DNA of 64,000 nt, taken from Spirochaetaceae bacterium. GTDB taxonomy: Bacteria; Spirochaetota; Spirochaetia; DSM-2461. The translations under genes and the position numbers were made by a program. The stretch covers positions 224,001-288,000 of the forward strand of contig JAOPTT010000009.1 of NCBI GenBank assembly GCA_051531975.1, in the 5' to 3' direction. This document shows positions 32,910 to 43,149 of this stretch, piece after piece. Numbering within the stretch: position 1 is the first letter of the stretch; every line of letters starts with the position of its first letter. A model generated the notes under the pieces. That model had not been told where the DNA came from and searched no databases. It saw only the letters and a list, made by a program, of their open reading frames with translations.

Positions 32910-32924
32910 TAGTTTAATTTTAAA

Positions 32925-32953
32925 GACCAGCTATGTTTTAACCTTAGCTGGTC
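32925..32953 (+). terminator. Intergenic hairpin after SBP gene
   Basis: GACCAGCTA / TAGCTGGTC 9-bp stem followed by ACTTTT. Confidence 0.55.
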
Positions 32954-32976
32954 ACTTTTATCAGGATGGTGTAATT

Positions 32977-33888
32977 ATGAAACAACCTAAAACAGGTTCT
33001 TTAATACGTATGAAGAGAGCAGAAGTCCTTTCAGGATATCTGTTTATAACTCCTATTTTAGTTCTACTAGGACTATTTGTTTTTTATGGTCTATTTTATG
33101 TCGTTAAGCTAAGTTTTTATAAATGGGATGGCTTTATGCCTGAAACAATGGTTTTTCGTGGTCTAAAAAATTACAAAATCCTATTTACTGATCCATTGTC
33201 TTTTAAAGCTATGGCCAATGTAGTTATTTTTATGGTTTCTACAGTAACTGTACAGATGTTTTTAGGTTTGTGTATTGCACTTTTGTTACGTCCTAAATTA
33301 GCCGGAAGTGGCTTTTTTAAAGCGATTATTTATATTCCAGTTACACTCTCATCAGTAGTAATTGCAAGAACTTTTATGGGACTTTATGAGCCATATTTTG
33401 GTGTTATAAATGTCTTTTTACGAACAGTTGGTTTAGATTCTTTAACTAGAGTTTGGTTAGGTGACCCTAATACAGCACTTTGGTGCATAATTATAGCTAA
33501 TATCTTCCAGTGGACTGGAGCTCAGATGGTTTTTTACATTGCAGGGCTTACCACAATAAGCGAAGACGTATTTGAAGCAGCCCAGATAGATGGAGCCGGC
33601 TTTTGGGAAACTTTAAGATCTATAGTTTGGCCAGGGTTATGGTCTACCCATACAACCGTAATAGTACTTGGAATTGTAGGTGCTATTAAAACATTTGATA
33701 TTGTGTGGTTATTAACCCAAGGTGGACCAGGTAATGCAACCCAGTTCCCTGCAACTATGTTATATCAGGCAGTAGCTCAGAATTCCCAGGCAGGTTATGG
33801 TGCCACAATAAGTGTATTCATGATTGTTATTAGTGTTATTTTATCCGCACTACAAATATCCTTTAACAGAAAAAAACAGGAGGCTTAA
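32977..33888 (+). CDS. Carbohydrate ABC transporter permease (MalF-like)
   Basis: 'FEAAQIDGA', 'LTQGGPGNAT'. Confidence 0.9.
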   Translation: MKQPKTGSLIRMKRAEVLSGYLFITPILVLLGLFVFYGLFYVVKLSFYKWDGFMPETMVFRGLKNYKILFTDPLSFKAMANVVIFMVSTVTVQMFLGLCIALLLRPKLAGSGFFKAIIYIPVTLSSVVIARTFMGLYEPYFGVINVFLRTVGLDSLTRVWLGDPNTALWCIIIANIFQWTGAQMVFYIAGLTTISEDVFEAAQIDGAGFWETLRSIVWPGLWSTHTTVIVLGIVGAIKTFDIVWLLTQGGPGNATQFPATMLYQAVAQNSQAGYGATISVFMIVISVILSALQISFNRKKQEA

Positions 33889-33889
33889 T

Positions 33890-34687
33890 GTGTTTAAAAC
33901 TATAAGTAGAAAAGAAAAAAATATAACTCAGACACTATTAATCCTTATTTCAACTATATATATTATCCCTATGATGTTTGTTCTTTTATCATCTTTTAAA
34001 GTTGGTGGAATTAAGAACTATACATATTTATTTACATCTGGTTTTCCTATTGTCAGAATGATTTTTAACAGTGTCTTTGTATCTTTAATGCAGGTAATAT
34101 TAATTGTTGGAGTTTCCTCCCCAGCAGCATTTGCATTTGCAAAAATTAGGTTCCCAGGTCGGGATACAATTTTTATGGTAATAATGTTAACGATGTCTAT
34201 TTCGTTATTATGTTTTATTACACCACTGTTTAGAACAATGAAGGCTTTAGGCTGGATGAATACATATGCCGCACTAATATTACCTGCAGCAACATTTTGG
34301 TTACCAATAGCAATATTAATTCTAAAAAACTACTTTGAATCTCTTGGTAATGAGTTAATGGAAGCTACAAAAATAGAAGGTGGTGGTTATTTTATTATAT
34401 GGTTTAAGGTTTATGCACCATTAAGTAAACCTGCTACAGTAAATGTTATTGTATTCGCTTTTATTAACTCTTGGAATGACTACTTAAATCCTCTACTTTT
34501 TTCTAGAACAGAGGAGATGAGAACTCTACCAATGGCTGTAATTTCTCTATCATCATCTATACATGGCGCACGTCCTGAAATCATCTTTGCCTGCCTTGTT
34601 ATTATGGCTATACCATCTATAATTATTTATTTGCTATTCCAAAAACATCTAGGTGAAGGGATGACATCTGGAGCTGTAAAAGGGTAA
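33890..34687 (+). CDS. Carbohydrate ABC transporter permease (MalG-like)
   Basis: GTG 33890 after GGAGG. 'ELMEATKIEG', 'WNDYLNPL', 'GMTSGAVKG'. Confidence 0.88.
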   Translation: MFKTISRKEKNITQTLLILISTIYIIPMMFVLLSSFKVGGIKNYTYLFTSGFPIVRMIFNSVFVSLMQVILIVGVSSPAAFAFAKIRFPGRDTIFMVIMLTMSISLLCFITPLFRTMKALGWMNTYAALILPAATFWLPIAILILKNYFESLGNELMEATKIEGGGYFIIWFKVYAPLSKPATVNVIVFAFINSWNDYLNPLLFSRTEEMRTLPMAVISLSSSIHGARPEIIFACLVIMAIPSIIIYLLFQKHLGEGMTSGAVKG

Positions 34688-34710
34688 AATATCAAACTGA
34701 GGAGTCCCCA

Positions 34711-35730
34711 TTGAAAGTTAAGCTTGTAGACGTGGCCCAAAAAGCCGGCGTATCCATTGCAACAGTCTCTAGAGTTCTAAATAATCACCCTGTAAGTGCT
34801 AAGGCAAAAAAAATTGTTGAAGAGACAATAACAGAGCTTGATTATAGACCAAATTTAACTGCCCGGGGTCTTATTAAGGGACAGTCTTTTCGTATTGGTG
34901 TTGTTGTATCAAACATGGAGAACCCCTATTATTCATCTATTATGAACTCAATGGAGTTACGTTTTAGAGAGGAAGGTTACCTTTGTAACTTTGCTAGTTC
35001 TACTAGTAGGGGAGATGAGGAAATTGATATCCTTAGGCGATTTGTAGACTCAGGGGTAGACGGCTTAATTATAGTTGATGTTGGAACAAAAGGTGAAAAC
35101 TCAGGCCTTTATACCGATCTTAATAAGCAGATTCCAGTTGTTTTAATAAATGGAAATCCAGACCGTTTGGATACAAACTTAATACTTGTAGACCAGGAAA
35201 AAGGTATGGAGCAGACCATGGACTACCTTTTTAGCCTGAATCACAAAAATATAGCCTTTATTCGAGGTGCATCAAATGGTTTTTCATTTGTATGTAAAGA
35301 ACAAGTCTATGTGCAGAAGATGAAAGAAAAGGGTTACGATATAAGTCCTGATATGATCGTTAATATAAAGGATACAAATCATTTTAACTGTATCGATTAT
35401 ACATGTAATAATATTTTGGATCTTCTAAAATCTAAAAATAGACCTACAGCTATATTTGCATCAAACGAACTTATGGGTCTTGGTGTATTAAAAGCTGCCC
35501 AATTATTAGGACTTGATGTTCCAAAAGATCTAACATTAGTTACTCACGATAATACTATCTTTTCTCTGATATCCCATCCACAAATGACAACAGTGGATAT
35601 GAACCCAGAACGTCTAGGTATAGAGTCTTCTGAAATGATGTTACAACTTCTAAGTAGTAAAGATAAAACACCTAGAAGGTTACTGATTTATCCTGAATTA
35701 ATCATTCGAGAGTCAAGTCGGAAAATATAG
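34711..35730 (+). CDS. LacI family transcriptional regulator
   Basis: 'DVAQKAGVSIATVSRVLN', hinge 'YRPNLTARGL', 'LIIRESS'. Confidence 0.93.
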   Translation: MKVKLVDVAQKAGVSIATVSRVLNNHPVSAKAKKIVEETITELDYRPNLTARGLIKGQSFRIGVVVSNMENPYYSSIMNSMELRFREEGYLCNFASSTSRGDEEIDILRRFVDSGVDGLIIVDVGTKGENSGLYTDLNKQIPVVLINGNPDRLDTNLILVDQEKGMEQTMDYLFSLNHKNIAFIRGASNGFSFVCKEQVYVQKMKEKGYDISPDMIVNIKDTNHFNCIDYTCNNILDLLKSKNRPTAIFASNELMGLGVLKAAQLLGLDVPKDLTLVTHDNTIFSLISHPQMTTVDMNPERLGIESSEMMLQLLSSKDKTPRRLLIYPELIIRESSRKI

Positions 35731-35876
35731 TAATAAACACCATAACAACTTGATAATAATTAAACCTAATAGTGTACATTAATAGCAACAGTATAAGTTG
35801 CCATGTAATTTAACTAAACTAGGTATTTAACTGACTCTATATTGTTTGATGTTTATTTGTTATCTAATAATATAAA

Positions 35877-37133
35877 TTAAATAGAACTCTTTAATAGATC
35901 TATGGAATCTGTTCTATTTTTCTCTAATTCTAACATATATATTTCATCCTTTATTATTATTGAACGAGATTGTATGTTAGGTGAAACTGATGTTTTATCC
36001 CAATCTAAGTATGTTGCAGAAAGAGTTAATTCTCCATCATAGCGACGATAATTTTCTGATTCTGAATGTGTAATCCCTGGTAAAATAATTTCAAATACAT
36101 CAGAATAATCTACATAGAAACCTTCACTGTTTTCCCAAAGAGCACCACCTGTAAACATAACATTCTCTGTTATTCCATTTTGCACTGTCCATTCTATTTC
36201 ATTATTAATAAGTTCATTAGATATTACCACATTTGGGCTCACAGGACTTAAAGTTTCAGGAGTCCCAGGTTCAAATAATATAGTTATTCCTGCAACATCC
36301 TCAGTTTGAATGTTGCTTTCTCCTATCTCCAAGTCATTAATTATAAAAAAATAAGCTTCTGAATTAGGTGTAAGACAGGTATATGTATTAAAACCAATTT
36401 CGCCAGATAGTTGGGTACCTTCTCCATCAATATAGGTATATTTATCCTCATCAAAAGCTTTATTTCCATCGTAGTCAATAAAATTATAATACAGTTTTAC
36501 AAATTTATAAGAGTTTGTACTGTTATTTTTTATTTTGTAATGGCCATAAACGTATGTTGATCCAGTATAAGGTACATAGATATTACCTTTAGATACAGAT
36601 ATATCATTTTTACTAAATTCTGGATTAATTAAATGAATTTCGGGAGCTAAAATATCAGATTCAATACTTGGATCAAATGTCGTACTTGTTATAGAGTTTG
36701 GTTCAAAGTAAAAGTTGAAATTATATCTAAATAAGGTTGTGTATGTAATGATAAATTCATAACTTCCATCAGACTTAAATATATACTTTTCATCAGTCCT
36801 ATTGCCATTTGGAATTGTATAATAGGTTGATTCTCCATATTCTTGTAATATTAAATCAACTAATTGCATGTCATTTGGTATAATTATTTCTGAATCACCA
36901 GGTTGAATGGTTGCTGTTTCTTTATACATATCATAGGGATTGTTATCTATGTTTCCAAGATAGAGTGTTATTACCTTATCAGAGTTATTAACTACATTGA
37001 TCCCAGTATAATTAACAGGGTTTTTTACTATGGAAGTTAATGCATCTAGATCATTACTATTATTTGAATCTCCTGAATTATCACAGCCTGTTAATACGAT
37101 TAGTATAAGTAGTAGAGTTGAAAGTTGTTTCAT
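35877..37133 (-). CDS. Hypothetical lipoprotein
   Basis: MKQLSTLLLILIVLTGC lipobox. Beta-rich, N/T/Y-rich sequence. Confidence 0.75.
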   Translation of the reverse strand: MKQLSTLLLILIVLTGCDNSGDSNNSNDLDALTSIVKNPVNYTGINVVNNSDKVITLYLGNIDNNPYDMYKETATIQPGDSEIIIPNDMQLVDLILQEYGESTYYTIPNGNRTDEKYIFKSDGSYEFIITYTTLFRYNFNFYFEPNSITSTTFDPSIESDILAPEIHLINPEFSKNDISVSKGNIYVPYTGSTYVYGHYKIKNNSTNSYKFVKLYYNFIDYDGNKAFDEDKYTYIDGEGTQLSGEIGFNTYTCLTPNSEAYFFIINDLEIGESNIQTEDVAGITILFEPGTPETLSPVSPNVVISNELINNEIEWTVQNGITENVMFTGGALWENSEGFYVDYSDVFEIILPGITHSESENYRRYDGELTLSATYLDWDKTSVSPNIQSRSIIIKDEIYMLELEKNRTDSIDLLKSSI

Positions 37134-37380
37134 TTAAGTCCTTTATATATTTTTAATTATCTTATGTAGCTTAAGTATCTTATTAGAATATGTCAAATAT
37201 AAAAAAAATTGTGAATGATTAGTTTCTTTTTAAACTTTAACCCAATGCTATTATTACTATCTTTTAATGCAGTTAAAAAGGAGATCTAAGTCTCCTCCAT
37301 ACTATATTAACTAATCTGCATTTGCCTCCACTGTTACTATTAAAGTCTGGGAAATGTTAACTGGGAAAGAGTATAAAGAT

Positions 37381-38025
37381 TTATACAATAAAATCTAAAT
37401 TGTCACCATTAATTCCTACATAAGCTCCTCTTTTTACTGCAGGGGAGTCGTTATGGCATATTAACCACTTGTTTTGCATAAACAGTGTATTATCTGTAGT
37501 ACTGTTTTTTAACGGTGAATTAGTACCAGTAGGTAGAACTATAATTGTACAAAATGGGGTTTCTGATGTTCTACAAGGAGCTAGATGAAGTGTTCCAGCA
37601 TATAGTTCAACTGCGGTACCTTTAGGTAGATAAAAACACTGGGTCAGAGATGAATTCCAGCTATCATTAACAATATCTGTATGTTTTCCTAACATTAAAA
37701 CAACATCAGTAACTGATATAATAACCTCACTGCTTTTATGCCATTCCATCCCATTTAATAGGGTGTTATTCCCAAAACAAATACCAGTCTGAATTTCTAT
37801 TTCACCAAAAACAGTATCTTTTAGATATGTAAAAGATGGGGTTTTATGAAGAGACTCTATATCTTTAAAATATGTTGGACCATCTTTTTCCATAGCCTTT
37901 AGAGCATCTGAAAACATAGGGGCAAAGTTATGGCCTTTTAATTGATGACCATAAAATGTGAACTCCTTAGAGTCCACATTAAATAGCTGTAGGTTAGGGT
38001 TTAGTTCTCTAAGTCTTTCTAACAT
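37381..38025 (-). CDS. DUF4867 family protein (SftX-like, associated with sulfoglycolysis clusters)
   Basis: 'IQTGICFGNN...LNGMEWHKSSE', 'ELYAGTLHLAPC', 'LPTGTN', 'NKWLICH'. Overlaps the stop of the SQase gene. Confidence 0.8.
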   Translation of the reverse strand: MLERLRELNPNLQLFNVDSKEFTFYGHQLKGHNFAPMFSDALKAMEKDGPTYFKDIESLHKTPSFTYLKDTVFGEIEIQTGICFGNNTLLNGMEWHKSSEVIISVTDVVLMLGKHTDIVNDSWNSSLTQCFYLPKGTAVELYAGTLHLAPCRTSETPFCTIIVLPTGTNSPLKNSTTDNTLFMQNKWLICHNDSPAVKRGAYVGINGDNLDFIV

Positions 38026-40010
38026 TCTGCTAAACCCTTAAAAAGTTCTGCATGTTTTGAGTCTTTTTTGTAAAATACTGGTGGCTCACCAATTGGGCTT
38101 TTAACTGTTACCCAACCACCTTTATATTCTTTGCCACTCCAAACATGAATCCACTGGTCATCTGGTAGATAAACCTTCCAGGTTTTTTTCCCTTTTTTAC
38201 AAACAGGGGCGACCAACAGATCAGAACCATACATATATTGGTATTTTAATTTATGTAGTTGTTCATCATTTTCATAATGGATAAAAGCATGTCTTACTGG
38301 AGGTATTCCTGTCTCCTGATACTCAGTTGATAGTTCTTTATGGTATGGCTTTAAAGTAGTATATATTCTAGTCATTTTTGCTAAGTGTGTCAGTGTATCT
38401 TTATCGGAATTAAACTGCCAGTTCGAACCTGGTCTGTTTCCTTCATGTGTTCTCATTATTTGAGTAAAAGCTGACATTTCACCCCAACGTTTAAATAGTT
38501 CTTTAGAACGTTTTATCCAAGCAATTGTAGTGTAACCACCTAAGTCTGAGTGAGTATAACCAATACCTGTAAATCCCATTGAAATTGAACCTGGTATAAC
38601 TGTTGCAAAACCGTTGTCATGGCTCCAGTTAACTAGCTGGTCACCATTCCAGTTCATTGCTGAGTATTTAGAAGAACCTGTATAAGCGGCTCTCATAAAA
38701 AATGTTACCTTATCTTCTGCCCCAGCTTCTTTTACAGCCTCGTGGTTAGCTTTTGCCCAATCGGCAGCGTACTGGTTATGGTATATTTCTGCATCTACTC
38801 CAGAATATAAAACAGCGTCTGTTGGAACATATTCACCAAAATCAGCCATCCAACCAGATAGACCGTTGCCTATCATATCTCTTTTAATAACTTCTTTAAT
38901 CCAAGTGTATGCTTCTGGGTTTGTAAGGTCTATCATAGCTGCTGGAAATGTTGTTATATAGACATAATAATCATCCCCATCCTTGTTTTTAACACAGTAG
39001 TTTTTCTCTTTTGCCTCTGCGTAAAGTGGGCCTTCAAGTGCTAAAAATGGGTTGATGTAACCCATAAACTTTATGCCTTTGTCATTTAGTTTTTTAACAT
39101 AATCTTTAAAGCCTGGGTATAGTTTTTCATCTGGTTTCCAGTCCCAAAATAGCTGCTTTCCAAAAGATGTAATTCTAATACCTTCCCAGTCCTGACACCA
39201 TATAGAGGCAACTTTAACTCCAGTATCTAAGGCATCTTGTAGCTTTTTATCTACAACTTCTGAACCACCTTGTAATCCTAACCACATTCCATCGTAAACC
39301 CACTCTGGAGGGGATACCTGTCTACCTAAGAATTCCGATAAATTAGTTAATGTTAATGGTGCACTCTCCCCAGCTCCAATAATTAAGGTTTCTGGAACTT
39401 CCCAGAAATCTAATTTATGAATGTTTTTATCTTTAAAATTAAATTCACAATAGGCAGTACCTTCCGAGTGGAAATACCAGTTATTTGAAGATACAAACGT
39501 TGGTTGAGAAAAATATGTGGTAAAAGAGTTGCCTCCATAACCCATTTTTAACTCAGCTAGAAGTGTTATAGCATCTTTACCACGACCTAAACCTGGTTCT
39601 TGTACCCAAATTGGTACATTTTGACCTCTAAGGTCTAGTTTTGAGTACTGTTCACCGCAGCCGTAGATATGTTCTTTCTCGATTGCAGGTAATACCATAG
39701 AAAACCTATTTATATCTCTGTTAGATGTTCTAGGTTTTATGTGTACTCGGCCGTCTTGCTCTATAAAGTCAACTGTTAAACTATTAAGAAAGTCTATGGT
39801 TACACTTTTGGAGCTGCTTTCAATAATAGTGAAGTTACTACAGTTCTCTAACTGTAAATTTTTGTTCTTAATCTTAAAAAGGCCATAATTGAATTTGTAT
39901 TTCCCAATACCTTTTCCAATATAAAAAGCCGGCTTGTTTACACTATGTTCAATTATTACTCTATTATTTAATGTAATGCTAAAACTATTTTCATTGTTAA
40001 GTAATTTCAT
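38019..40010 (-). CDS. yihQ: GH31 sulfoquinovosidase (YihQ-like)
   Basis: 'YGCGEQYS', 'WLGLQGG', 'WCQDWEGIRITSFGKQLFWDW', nucleophile 'WMADFGE', acid/base 'WNGDQ', 'HSDLGGYT', 'RTHEGNRP'. Confidence 0.88.
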   Translation of the reverse strand: MKLLNNENSFSITLNNRVIIEHSVNKPAFYIGKGIGKYKFNYGLFKIKNKNLQLENCSNFTIIESSSKSVTIDFLNSLTVDFIEQDGRVHIKPRTSNRDINRFSMVLPAIEKEHIYGCGEQYSKLDLRGQNVPIWVQEPGLGRGKDAITLLAELKMGYGGNSFTTYFSQPTFVSSNNWYFHSEGTAYCEFNFKDKNIHKLDFWEVPETLIIGAGESAPLTLTNLSEFLGRQVSPPEWVYDGMWLGLQGGSEVVDKKLQDALDTGVKVASIWCQDWEGIRITSFGKQLFWDWKPDEKLYPGFKDYVKKLNDKGIKFMGYINPFLALEGPLYAEAKEKNYCVKNKDGDDYYVYITTFPAAMIDLTNPEAYTWIKEVIKRDMIGNGLSGWMADFGEYVPTDAVLYSGVDAEIYHNQYAADWAKANHEAVKEAGAEDKVTFFMRAAYTGSSKYSAMNWNGDQLVNWSHDNGFATVIPGSISMGFTGIGYTHSDLGGYTTIAWIKRSKELFKRWGEMSAFTQIMRTHEGNRPGSNWQFNSDKDTLTHLAKMTRIYTTLKPYHKELSTEYQETGIPPVRHAFIHYENDEQLHKLKYQYMYGSDLLVAPVCKKGKKTWKVYLPDDQWIHVWSGKEYKGGWVTVKSPIGEPPVFYKKDSKHAELFKGLAEC

Positions 40011-40013
40011 TTG

Positions 40014-40841
40014 TTAACCTTTTACAGCACCAGCTGTTAAGCCAGATATAATTTTATTATGAAACAGTATATAAACTACAATACTTGGGATAATTGTTAT
40101 AACAATTGCTGCATACATAGCAGTATAATCTGTTACAAACTGACTTGTGAAAAACCTAATACCTAACTGTAGTGTTCTAGACGATTCGGAAGACGTTAAA
40201 AGTAGAGCCATAATAAACTCATTCCATGCGTATATAAAACAGAATGTTCCCGCAGTAACTAAACCAGTCTGAGAGAGTGGTAAAATAACCTTAGAAAACC
40301 TTTGGAAAAAGCTAGCTCCATCTATAGTTGCAGCTTCTTCTAACTCTACTGGAATTGTTTTCATAAAAGATGTAGTTAAAAATACTGATATAGGTATATT
40401 TATTGTGCTATATACTAATATTAAAGCAAACAAAGTATCGTATAATTTAAGCTTTTGTATAATAGAGAAATAAGGAACCATAAAGGATATTATAGGAAGT
40501 AAAATTCCCGCTATTATTATTGTATATATAACATTTTTTCCTCTGAATTCTTCCCGTGCTAATATAAAAGAGGTAATAGCTGCAATAAATAGATTCAAAA
40601 ATACAGCAAATACAGCTACAAATGTAGAGTGTAAAAACAGGGTAGGTATGTTTGCTTTTTTCATTGCATTTACATAGTTTATAAACATCCATTTTTCAGG
40701 GAAACCAAAAGAGTTTGTCTGTAGTTCTAAGTTACTTGATTTAAAAGAAGCAAGTATTAACCAAATTATTGGATATAAGGCAACAAAAAGAAAGAAGCCT
40801 AATATAATCCATTTTAAAATATTACCGATTATTTTTTTCAA
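40014..40841 (-). CDS. Carbohydrate ABC transporter permease (putative SQ/SQ-glycoside uptake)
   Basis: 'ELEEAATIDGAS', 'WNEF', 'GLTAGAVKG'. Confidence 0.88.
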   Translation of the reverse strand: MKKIIGNILKWIILGFFLFVALYPIIWLILASFKSSNLELQTNSFGFPEKWMFINYVNAMKKANIPTLFLHSTFVAVFAVFLNLFIAAITSFILAREEFRGKNVIYTIIIAGILLPIISFMVPYFSIIQKLKLYDTLFALILVYSTINIPISVFLTTSFMKTIPVELEEAATIDGASFFQRFSKVILPLSQTGLVTAGTFCFIYAWNEFIMALLLTSSESSRTLQLGIRFFTSQFVTDYTAMYAAIVITIIPSIVVYILFHNKIISGLTAGAVKG

Positions 40842-40854
40842 TTTCTCGCTCCTA

Positions 40855-41724
40855 TTATGCGTTTATGCCGTCATTGGCTTTAGTTAAAAGTTTTCTGATT
40901 AGAACAATAACAACAGTTCCTAAGAATATTAGTATTACTCCAGTTGCATTTGCCTGTCCAAAACGGAAAGCATCCATTTTATGATATAAAATTAGACCCA
41001 TAACTGATGTTGAGTGTGCAGGTCCACCATTAGTCATTAAAAATGTTGCCTCAAAGTGTCGCATTCCATAGGCCATAGCAAGGGTTATAGTAGTAACTAA
41101 TATTCCCCTAATCATAGGAAGGGTAATATACCAATCTTGTCGAAATGCATCACAGCCATCTAACTCTGCTGCTTCGTAGTATGATTTTGGTATTGTAGTT
41201 GTTGCTGCTAATATAATTATCATGAAATAACCGATGTATAGTACTTGCTGAATAATTATTGAAGGTAGAGCTGTTCCTAATTCACCTAACCAGTTATGTC
41301 CATCGTTTCCAAATAGCTTTAAAAATGCATTTAGAAACCCGTACATAGGGTTATATATCGCCTTCCACATCATGGCAATTGCCACAGCGGATATAATGTT
41401 AGGTAAAAAGTATATTGTTCTAAGAGTTTTCCAACCCTTTGGTTTTCTAGCTAAGATTAGGGCTACAATTGTTGCAAATGGTATCTGTATAAAACCTCCA
41501 CTAAGTGCCCATATAATATTGTTTCTTATTGATAATCTGAAAGTATCATCAGAAAATAGTTTGTTGTAGTTTTCTAGACCTACAAACTTCATATCTGATA
41601 TACCATTCCATGTATGAAGGCTTGTAAATATTACAGATCCCAACGGATAGATAAAAAAGCAGACATATATTAATGTAACCGGTAAAAGGAATAACATTAT
41701 CTTTGTAATATTTTTATTTTTCAT
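40855..41724 (-). CDS. Carbohydrate ABC transporter permease (putative SQ/SQ-glycoside uptake)
   Basis: 'YYEAAELDG', 'MTNGGP'. ATG 41724 preceded by AAGGA. Confidence 0.88.
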   Translation of the reverse strand: MKNKNITKIMLFLLPVTLIYVCFFIYPLGSVIFTSLHTWNGISDMKFVGLENYNKLFSDDTFRLSIRNNIIWALSGGFIQIPFATIVALILARKPKGWKTLRTIYFLPNIISAVAIAMMWKAIYNPMYGFLNAFLKLFGNDGHNWLGELGTALPSIIIQQVLYIGYFMIIILAATTTIPKSYYEAAELDGCDAFRQDWYITLPMIRGILVTTITLAMAYGMRHFEATFLMTNGGPAHSTSVMGLILYHKMDAFRFGQANATGVILIFLGTVVIVLIRKLLTKANDGINA

Positions 41725-41790
41725 ACGCAACAAATCCTTATAATGTATAAAAAGGGGCACCTTTAATAGATGCCCCCGGTTTAAATTAAA

Positions 41791-43056
41791 TTATTGATCG
41801 TTAACTTTTTTTAACATTGCAACAAATTCTTCAGGTGTTGCACCGTCTAGAGCCATAAGACCTAGAGCCTGACCAAACTCACTAACAACCTCTGCAGAAA
41901 CCATTCCAGCTAGGTGAGGAATAGTAAAACTTGCATTGTTAGAAGCTTCAATAAACTTCTTTTGTAATGGATCGTTAATAGATGAAGCGTCGTATTTAAC
42001 AGCAAATAAAGAACCAGCTTGTTTAGAAATCTCTGCTACATTTTCAGCTTTTGTCATCCATTTAATAAACTTTACTGCTGCTGCTGCTTTAGCAGGATCA
42101 TCGGCATTTGCAGCTGCTGCTAAGTTAGTTTGTAAGAAACCAATTTGTGCACCTTTGTTTTTACCAAATGCTGGAGCAGGACCAACTTCAACTGCATCAT
42201 AAACTGATGGAGCATCTGATTTGATTCTACCGATATACCAAGGTCCATTAATAAACATTGCTGTATCTTCTGCTAAGAAATGACCACCAGAAACACCGGC
42301 GTCACCACCAACTGCATCTCTTGTAGTATTATCATTTAAGTACATAGAAAGTAAAACTTCCGCTGCTTGAACATAAGCAGGTCCTTTAAATAAGTTATCA
42401 TATACATCTTTTCCACCAAAAGACGCTAAAAAGTGTGAATAAAATAACATAGATGTCCAGGCATTAGATCCACCAGTCATCTGAGAAGTAGGTGTAATTC
42501 CAGCTTCTTTTAATTTTTCAGCTGCAGCTAAAAATTCTTTAGCTGTTTTAGGGTAATTTGAAATACCGGCCTTAGCAAAAAGGTCCATATTATATAAAAC
42601 AGGAGTAATTGCAACTTCATAAGGAAGTGATTTAACCATTCCATTAACAGTAGCTTGAGCTATTGTTCCTTCGTTAAAGTCTCTTTTCCATCCACCGTTT
42701 AGCTCACTAGAAAAATCCATTAATAGATCTGATTCATAATATGCTTTTGTAGAAGGGTTTAACTTCATTGTAAAAACATCAGGTACAATTCCAGCAGCAA
42801 TTGAAGTTCTCATTTTTTGCTCATAACCATCGTAATCTGGTTGTGCCTCAATAACAACTTTTATCATTCCAGCATTGTCAACATTAAACTGTTCAACTAA
42901 ATCTGCAACTGCAGCTGCTTTAGAGTCTTCTCCAACCCAGATGCATGGCCACTTTATAGTAACCTCTTTAGTTGCCTCTTCATTTTGACCACTTGCAAAT
43001 AGTGGACTAGCTAAAACCATAGCTAATGTTAGTGCCAGTAAATTAAATCTTTTCAT
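41791..43056 (-). CDS. ABC transporter substrate-binding protein (putative SQ/SQ-glycerol binding)
   Basis: SBP_bac_1 motifs 'VPDVF', 'LYNMDLF', 'AMFINGPW'. First gene of the operon that ends in the SQase and DUF4867 genes. Confidence 0.85.
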   Translation of the reverse strand: MKRFNLLALTLAMVLASPLFASGQNEEATKEVTIKWPCIWVGEDSKAAAVADLVEQFNVDNAGMIKVVIEAQPDYDGYEQKMRTSIAAGIVPDVFTMKLNPSTKAYYESDLLMDFSSELNGGWKRDFNEGTIAQATVNGMVKSLPYEVAITPVLYNMDLFAKAGISNYPKTAKEFLAAAEKLKEAGITPTSQMTGGSNAWTSMLFYSHFLASFGGKDVYDNLFKGPAYVQAAEVLLSMYLNDNTTRDAVGGDAGVSGGHFLAEDTAMFINGPWYIGRIKSDAPSVYDAVEVGPAPAFGKNKGAQIGFLQTNLAAAANADDPAKAAAAVKFIKWMTKAENVAEISKQAGSLFAVKYDASSINDPLQKKFIEASNNASFTIPHLAGMVSAEVVSEFGQALGLMALDGATPEEFVAMLKKVNDQ

Positions 43057-43072
43057 TCCGTTCTCCTATTTA

Positions 43073-43093
43073 TTACTTACTCTAAGTAAGTAA
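43073..43093. promoter_or_regulatory. Putative ROK-regulator operator, site 1
   Basis: Perfect 9-3-9 palindrome TTACTTACT-cta-AGTAAGTAA just upstream of the SBP RBS. Confidence 0.75.
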
Positions 43094-43149
43094 AGCATGT
43101 CAAACCAAAATCTGTCAAACAAAAAATGAATATTTTGCAAAAAAAATAA

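Noticed and set aside
37268..37370. Hairpin AGGAGA/TCTCCT and CTGGGAAA direct repeat downstream of DUF4867
   Set aside because: Short and compatible with chance or a weak terminator. No recognisable riboswitch or IS end.
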